Below are positions 8,593-12,322 of a DNA stretch of 12,322 bases, piece after piece (the stretch's first letter is position 1; the number at the start of each line of letters is the position of its first letter). This DNA comes from Bacteriovoracia bacterium (lineage in GTDB: Bacteria; Bdellovibrionota; Bacteriovoracia; Bacteriovoracales; Bacteriovoracaceae). The notes beneath the pieces were generated by a model. The model saw nothing but the letters and a program-made list of their open reading frames with translations. It was not told the DNA's origin and made no database searches. The translations under genes and the position numbers were made by a program. The DNA is taken from assembly GCA_046570105.1 (NCBI GenBank), contig JBKHVI010000069.1:1-12322 (forward strand). Direction: 5' to 3'.

Positions 8593-8699
8593 AGATTCAT
8601 CGGCCACAATTTAGGCATGTTATCTTTGCTCATTTCTCGAAAACTTGAGATCACAATTTGTGATCTCAAGTTCAATTCGCTATTTTTATCCTGACTCAT
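8589..8699 (-). other. Possible 36-aa small ORF or gene remnant containing the palindrome
   Basis: ATG lies 7 nt after the stop at 8707 and gives MSQDKNSELNLRSQIVISSFREMSKDNMPKLWPMNL*. There is no clear SD, so expression is unproven. Confidence 0.3.
8642..8672. repeat. Perfect 31-bp palindrome AACTTGAGATCACAA-T-TTGTGATCTCAAGTT
   Basis: The 15-bp arms (8642-8656 and 8658-8672) are exact reverse complements around a 1-nt spacer. It lies between two convergent methyltransferase genes. Confidence 0.97.
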
Positions 8700-8706
8700 T
8701 GGAAAC

Positions 8707-9588
8707 TCAGCAAATCCCAGCAGCAAACAGGCCCGCTGGCAAAACACGTCCGTCGTTTTTGTGAGCGACACCTAAATCGCCACAAGAGAGATCTTTCCAG
8801 CGGCCGTCCTGTGCCAAAACATTCTTGAGCGCTTCTTGTTGTACGCCATGGGTGTGACTAGATAAAAACATGAAGGCATTTTTCTTGTTTAAAATGGCGT
8901 GGGATTTATCTAAGAAACTCGCCATATGTTTCTCAAACTCCCAGACTTCTTTTTTAGCGCCATGGCCCCAGCTCGGAGGATCGGCGAGCATGCCATCAAG
9001 CCTGAGTCCCTTGTTGTATTGATTGATCAAAAATTTCTGGGCGTCTTCTTGCATCCAACGGATGTTTTCCACTTGAGAGGCCTTGGCATTTTCTTGGCCC
9101 CATTCAAGGGCGCCTTTGGAGCTATCCACGTGCCAAACCTCGGCACCTGCTTTGGCCATCACAAGACTCGCAGCGCCTGTGTAACCAAAAAGATTGGCAA
9201 CTTTTGGAGCACGGCCCAATTTTGTTTTGAGTTCTATGACTTGTTTTTCGAGCCACTGCCAGACCGGGACTTGTTCGAAAAAGATTCCGCAATGGCCAAA
9301 GGTGGTGAACTTTAAGCGACTTTTGACTGTGCCACTTTGAGCATCAAACTTACACCACATCTCTTTAGGAAGTGGTTTATGGTGTTGCCACTGGCCACCG
9401 CCATCTTTGGTGCGACTACAAACACTTGTCGCTTTCATCCATTCATCGATAGAGAGACGTTTGCGCCAAATGGCCTGAGGAGAGGGACGCTGAACACGGA
9501 TTCCTGCGATGATCTCAAGCTTCATGCCTTCGCCGCTATCGAGCAGTTCGTAGTCTTTTAAGGCATCAGCGAGAGTAGTTAGATTCAT
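8707..9588 (-). CDS. Class I SAM-dependent RNA methyltransferase, RlmI/RlmK-like (COG1092), no PUA domain
   Basis: Motifs DYELLDSGEGMKLE, RPSPQAIW, FGHCGIFFEQ, NLFGYTGAAS, HVDSSK and DPPSWGHG. ATGA overlap with the upstream gene. Confidence 0.87.
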   Translation of the reverse strand: MNLTTLADALKDYELLDSGEGMKLEIIAGIRVQRPSPQAIWRKRLSIDEWMKATSVCSRTKDGGGQWQHHKPLPKEMWCKFDAQSGTVKSRLKFTTFGHCGIFFEQVPVWQWLEKQVIELKTKLGRAPKVANLFGYTGAASLVMAKAGAEVWHVDSSKGALEWGQENAKASQVENIRWMQEDAQKFLINQYNKGLRLDGMLADPPSWGHGAKKEVWEFEKHMASFLDKSHAILNKKNAFMFLSSHTHGVQQEALKNVLAQDGRWKDLSCGDLGVAHKNDGRVLPAGLFAAGIC

Positions 9589-10265
9589 TTGAGTTTAAAA
9601 CTCACTTGGAGAGTCGTAGAGAATGTTTCTTCGCCCACATCAATCGTCGGAGCAGCGACAGATTTCTCCATAGCAGCTCCATCCATCATCGCTGAGTACA
9701 TCGGTTGGGGACGATGAATGACCGGTGCTGATTCAGAAATACTTTCTACCTCACCAACTTTAGCGTCTAGACTTTTAGCAAGCTGCTGGGCTTTTTTAAG
9801 GGCATCTTGTGAGGCGACATCAAGGCATTTGAGATATTCAGTGCGCGATTTCTCAAGTGATAAAAAAGGGCGGAAACCATCTGTGCCGTTAAGGCCCTGT
9901 TTCGCTGCCATCGCCATGACACCGCCAAGTTTTGCAATGTCGGAGGTGATAACTTCGAGCCCCATCGAGGCGCGATGACCTTTGAAAACGTTTTTGTTGT
10001 TTTCCCATTCGCGGTGAGGTGAGACTTGAAAATGAGTGGTACGCAGTTCGAGGTGAGCGAGATTCATCTTTTTGATTTCAGCACGGGCGGCTTCGATTTT
10101 CTTAGTCACTTCATTCACCGCAGCGGCCGGATCAGAGAGTGTCTTCTCCATTTTTAATTCGAGAGAAGCACGGTCTGGCGTGACTTTAATTTCACAACGA
10201 CCTTGCACATTTACCGTGCGTGTCGCAGCTTGTGTCGAAGCGATTAAAAGGAGAGCGAGCAGCAT
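9585..10265 (-). CDS. SIMPL domain (DUF541, YggE/BP26-like) periplasmic protein
   Basis: Signal peptide followed by TVNVQGRCEIKVTPDRASL, A..DALKKAQQLAKSL...VGEVESISE and PTIDVGE...LQVSFKL, the typical SIMPL pattern. Confidence 0.9.
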   Translation of the reverse strand: MLLALLLIASTQAATRTVNVQGRCEIKVTPDRASLELKMEKTLSDPAAAVNEVTKKIEAARAEIKKMNLAHLELRTTHFQVSPHREWENNKNVFKGHRASMGLEVITSDIAKLGGVMAMAAKQGLNGTDGFRPFLSLEKSRTEYLKCLDVASQDALKKAQQLAKSLDAKVGEVESISESAPVIHRPQPMYSAMMDGAAMEKSVAAPTIDVGEETFSTTLQVSFKLK

Positions 10266-11476
10266 TAGCGAATTCCCATGTTAGTAAGATCAGTCGGTGT
10301 GACGGCGCGATTTTGATCATCAACTTCAATCAAGAAAAGCATACCTTTAATCTTAGCTTGATTAGCAAAATTCACCTCAAGGCCTTGTGCGGCCATCAAA
10401 ACATTGAGGAGATCACGCTGGTCACGGTAAGTGATGCCATCGTAACTGTTCTCACGTTGAGCGATACAACCACTGGTGCGCATAAAAGGAAACCAGGCCG
10501 AAGCCGGATCAGCATTGAGTTTACCGGTACCATGAATGCGCAAAAGGTTGCGACCGACGTCACGAGCAACGTTAGCTGGCTTCCACCAATCGGAGTCAAG
10601 AGATGTGACTGGCAAAAGTGAGCGAGTGTTGCGCTCGCTGTTGCCGCCAGAAATGAAGTTTAAAATTAAACGACGAAATTTTCCGAATGAGATCTGTTGG
10701 TCGGCCGCTGGCATCACGCCATCAATTGTGAGAATACCCGCTGGGGTATTACCGTTACGCTGATAGGAAGGAAGGCCTCTTGCTGATGAAGCGAGAGAGG
10801 GCTGGGTCCAGAGTTCACCATTATAATAAACGGCCGCATTATTTTGATCACGCACGGCCATGAGGCATGGGTGAATACGATTTGAGCGGCAGAACATATA
10901 AATCTTGATGCCACCTGCGTAGCTTCCGTTATTGTGACGTGAAAGATCGGTGGCGTGATCCCAAAGATCAAGTGCGATGGCGCTCTGATCACCAACTGGG
11001 CGTTCAGAGGCAGCAACCCAACGAGTTTCTTCTGGGAAGGTAGCGAGTGCTTGTGCAACCAGGGTATCTAGTTTCATTTCATACAGTTCAAGCTTAAGAG
11101 AGGCGACAAGCACAGCGAGTTCTTTATCACTCAAAAGTCCCATGCTCACTTGCTGAGCGAGTTCACTCCAGTCACGACGCTCACCTGAGCGATGAGCGAT
11201 GACTGCTAAGCGCAGTTGTTCGTAAAGCGTGAACTCTTCAATGACGACGGTAACGAGAGCATTTTTAACGTCGAGTTTAAGATCATCTTGAGCATCCCAA
11301 AGAGCATCGACCAAAAGCTTTTGCTCAGGCGCAGTGAGTGCGAAGAAAAATTTAGTGTCGTTGGTCTGAATCGAGGTGAGGTAGCGCTGGTAGGTGAGTT
11401 CTTCTTGGTCAGCAGTAAATTGCGCATTTGCAAAAAATGAGAATAAACCAAGACTTAACGCCAGCAACTTAATCAT
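10265..11476 (-). CDS. Secreted protein with C-terminal YkuD-like L,D-transpeptidase motif
   Basis: Signal peptide ending ANA-Q, then a helical N-domain. The C-domain has NGNTPAG and LRIHGTG...RTSGCI, a His/Cys catalytic pair. Confidence 0.65.
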   Translation of the reverse strand: MIKLLALSLGLFSFFANAQFTADQEELTYQRYLTSIQTNDTKFFFALTAPEQKLLVDALWDAQDDLKLDVKNALVTVVIEEFTLYEQLRLAVIAHRSGERRDWSELAQQVSMGLLSDKELAVLVASLKLELYEMKLDTLVAQALATFPEETRWVAASERPVGDQSAIALDLWDHATDLSRHNNGSYAGGIKIYMFCRSNRIHPCLMAVRDQNNAAVYYNGELWTQPSLASSARGLPSYQRNGNTPAGILTIDGVMPAADQQISFGKFRRLILNFISGGNSERNTRSLLPVTSLDSDWWKPANVARDVGRNLLRIHGTGKLNADPASAWFPFMRTSGCIAQRENSYDGITYRDQRDLLNVLMAAQGLEVNFANQAKIKGMLFLIEVDDQNRAVTPTDLTNMGIR

Positions 11477-11626
11477 TTAATCCCCCCCGGATTGTGATAC
11501 TTTGCACGGTATCATTTGGCGTTTTAGTCGGGCAAGTTTTGCGCATGGCGCATGCGTTTTAAACAACAAAAACTCAATCAAGTTCATCGATAAACTCGAT
11601 TTTTCCACTGTTTATCAGGAGTCGAC

Positions 11627-11655
11627 CTTGACGCTCTTCCTTAGTGGTCTCATCT
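11627..11655 (+). promoter_or_regulatory. Candidate sigma32-type heat-shock promoter of htpX
   Basis: CTTGAC-N15-TCTCATCT versus the consensus CTTGAA-N13-16-CCCCATNT. It can also be read as sigma70 TTGACG-N17-CATCTT. Confidence 0.5.
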
Positions 11656-11685
11656 TTGTAAGTGAATCACTTAATGGAGGATTCC

Positions 11686-12322
11686 ATGAAACGTATTTTT
11701 CTTTTTGTCTTAACTAACATCCTTGTGATGATCACGGTCAATATCGTGCTCTCATTGGTGGGTGGACACCGCTGGCTAGATGCCTACGGGATTAACTATC
11801 AGGCCTTGATGGTATTCTGTTTGGTGTGGGGCTTTGCTGGTGCTGGTATCTCGCTCTTGCTTTCTAAGTTCATGGCAAAAACCATGATGGGAGTGAAACT
11901 GGTTGATGAGCGCGGTCCTTATGCTGCATTGGTGCAAAAAGTTCATCTCTACGCTAAGCAAGCGGGTCTTTCAAAAATGCCGGAGGTCGGTGTTTACGAA
12001 TCACCTGAAGTAAATGCTTTTGCGACTGGACCATCGAAAAATAATTCTTTGGTAGCAGTATCAACCGGACTTTTGAGTCAGATGAATTCTGATGAAGTGG
12101 ATGGTGTTCTGGCCCACGAAGTCGCCCACGTCGCTAATGGTGATATGGTGACAATGGCGCTGATTCAAGGTGTGGTAAACGCCTTTGTGATGTTCTTTGC
12201 ACGTATTGCCGCTTTTGCTCTTTCACAAGCTATGGCCGGCAACCGTGATAGCAATGATGATCGTCCAGTGGCGCAAGGCTTCATGTTCCATATGATTGTG
12301 ATGGTTTTTGAAATTGCTTTCA
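11686..12322 (+). CDS. htpX: Protease HtpX (M48 zinc metalloprotease), partial (runs off the window edge)
   Basis: Read manually. GGAGG RBS, then MKRIFLFVLTNILV...ISLLLSKFMAK...MPEVGVYESPEVNAFATGPSKNNSLVAVSTGLL...GVLAHEVAHVANGDMVTMALIQGVVNAF, with an HExxH motif. Confidence 0.96.
   Translation, partial: MKRIFLFVLTNILVMITVNIVLSLVGGHRWLDAYGINYQALMVFCLVWGFAGAGISLLLSKFMAKTMMGVKLVDERGPYAALVQKVHLYAKQAGLSKMPEVGVYESPEVNAFATGPSKNNSLVAVSTGLLSQMNSDEVDGVLAHEVAHVANGDMVTMALIQGVVNAFVMFFARIAAFALSQAMAGNRDSNDDRPVAQGFMFHMIVMVFEIAF

Noticed and set aside
8607..8700. CRISPR mini-array or integron attC site
   Set aside because: There are only two highly degenerate repeats and no cas or integrase gene in the window. 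The palindrome is perfect and lacks the extrahelical bases typical of attC.
8589..8771. 60-aa ORF as called in the track
   Set aside because: Its first 65 nt overlap the methyltransferase CDS out of frame. Only the part from ATG 8699 is plausible.
5117..9588. TatD plus methyltransferases as a restriction-modification or anti-phage system
   Set aside because: All four methyltransferases carry RNA-methyltransferase family signatures, and TatD is an ordinary stand-alone type with no defence-associated partner.
11482..11488. G7 tract in the RBS of the LDT-like gene as a phase-variation switch
   Set aside because: Seven bases is short, and the tract is adequately explained as a G-rich Shine-Dalgarno.
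215..11961. Short alternative-frame or antisense ORFs in the track (e.g. 215..463, 2580..2885, 5977..6216, 8926..9315, 10220..10621, 11502..11717)
   Set aside because: They overlap well-supported genes and lack RBSs, motifs or signal peptides, so they are shadow ORFs.

Overview
A gene-dense bacterial chromosomal window of moderate GC with no mobile element, CRISPR array, tRNA or rRNA. The many short signal-peptide hypotheticals, a FliA-type promoter and an orphan L,D-transpeptidase-like gene are suggestive of a predatory Bdellovibrionota (Bacteriovoracaceae-like) genome, but that is inference only. In order: a partial lipoprotein gene coupled to a probable outer-membrane beta-barrel gene; a lipoprotein gene split by a one-base frameshift; a secreted glycerophosphodiester phosphodiesterase; two secreted hypotheticals; a stand-alone receiver-domain protein; tatD; four adjacent RNA methyltransferase genes (RlmI, RlmM-like, YfiF/TrmH-like and a Cys-less COG1092 enzyme); a SIMPL/DUF541 gene; a YkuD-like L,D-transpeptidase gene; and the 5' part of htpX. 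The most striking non-gene feature is a perfect 15-1-15 palindrome at 8642-8672. It reads NLRSQ(I/F)VISS on both strands, resembles the palindromic motif I recall from ORF6N-domain genes, sits inside a 36-codon ORF and is flanked by degenerate direct repeats.
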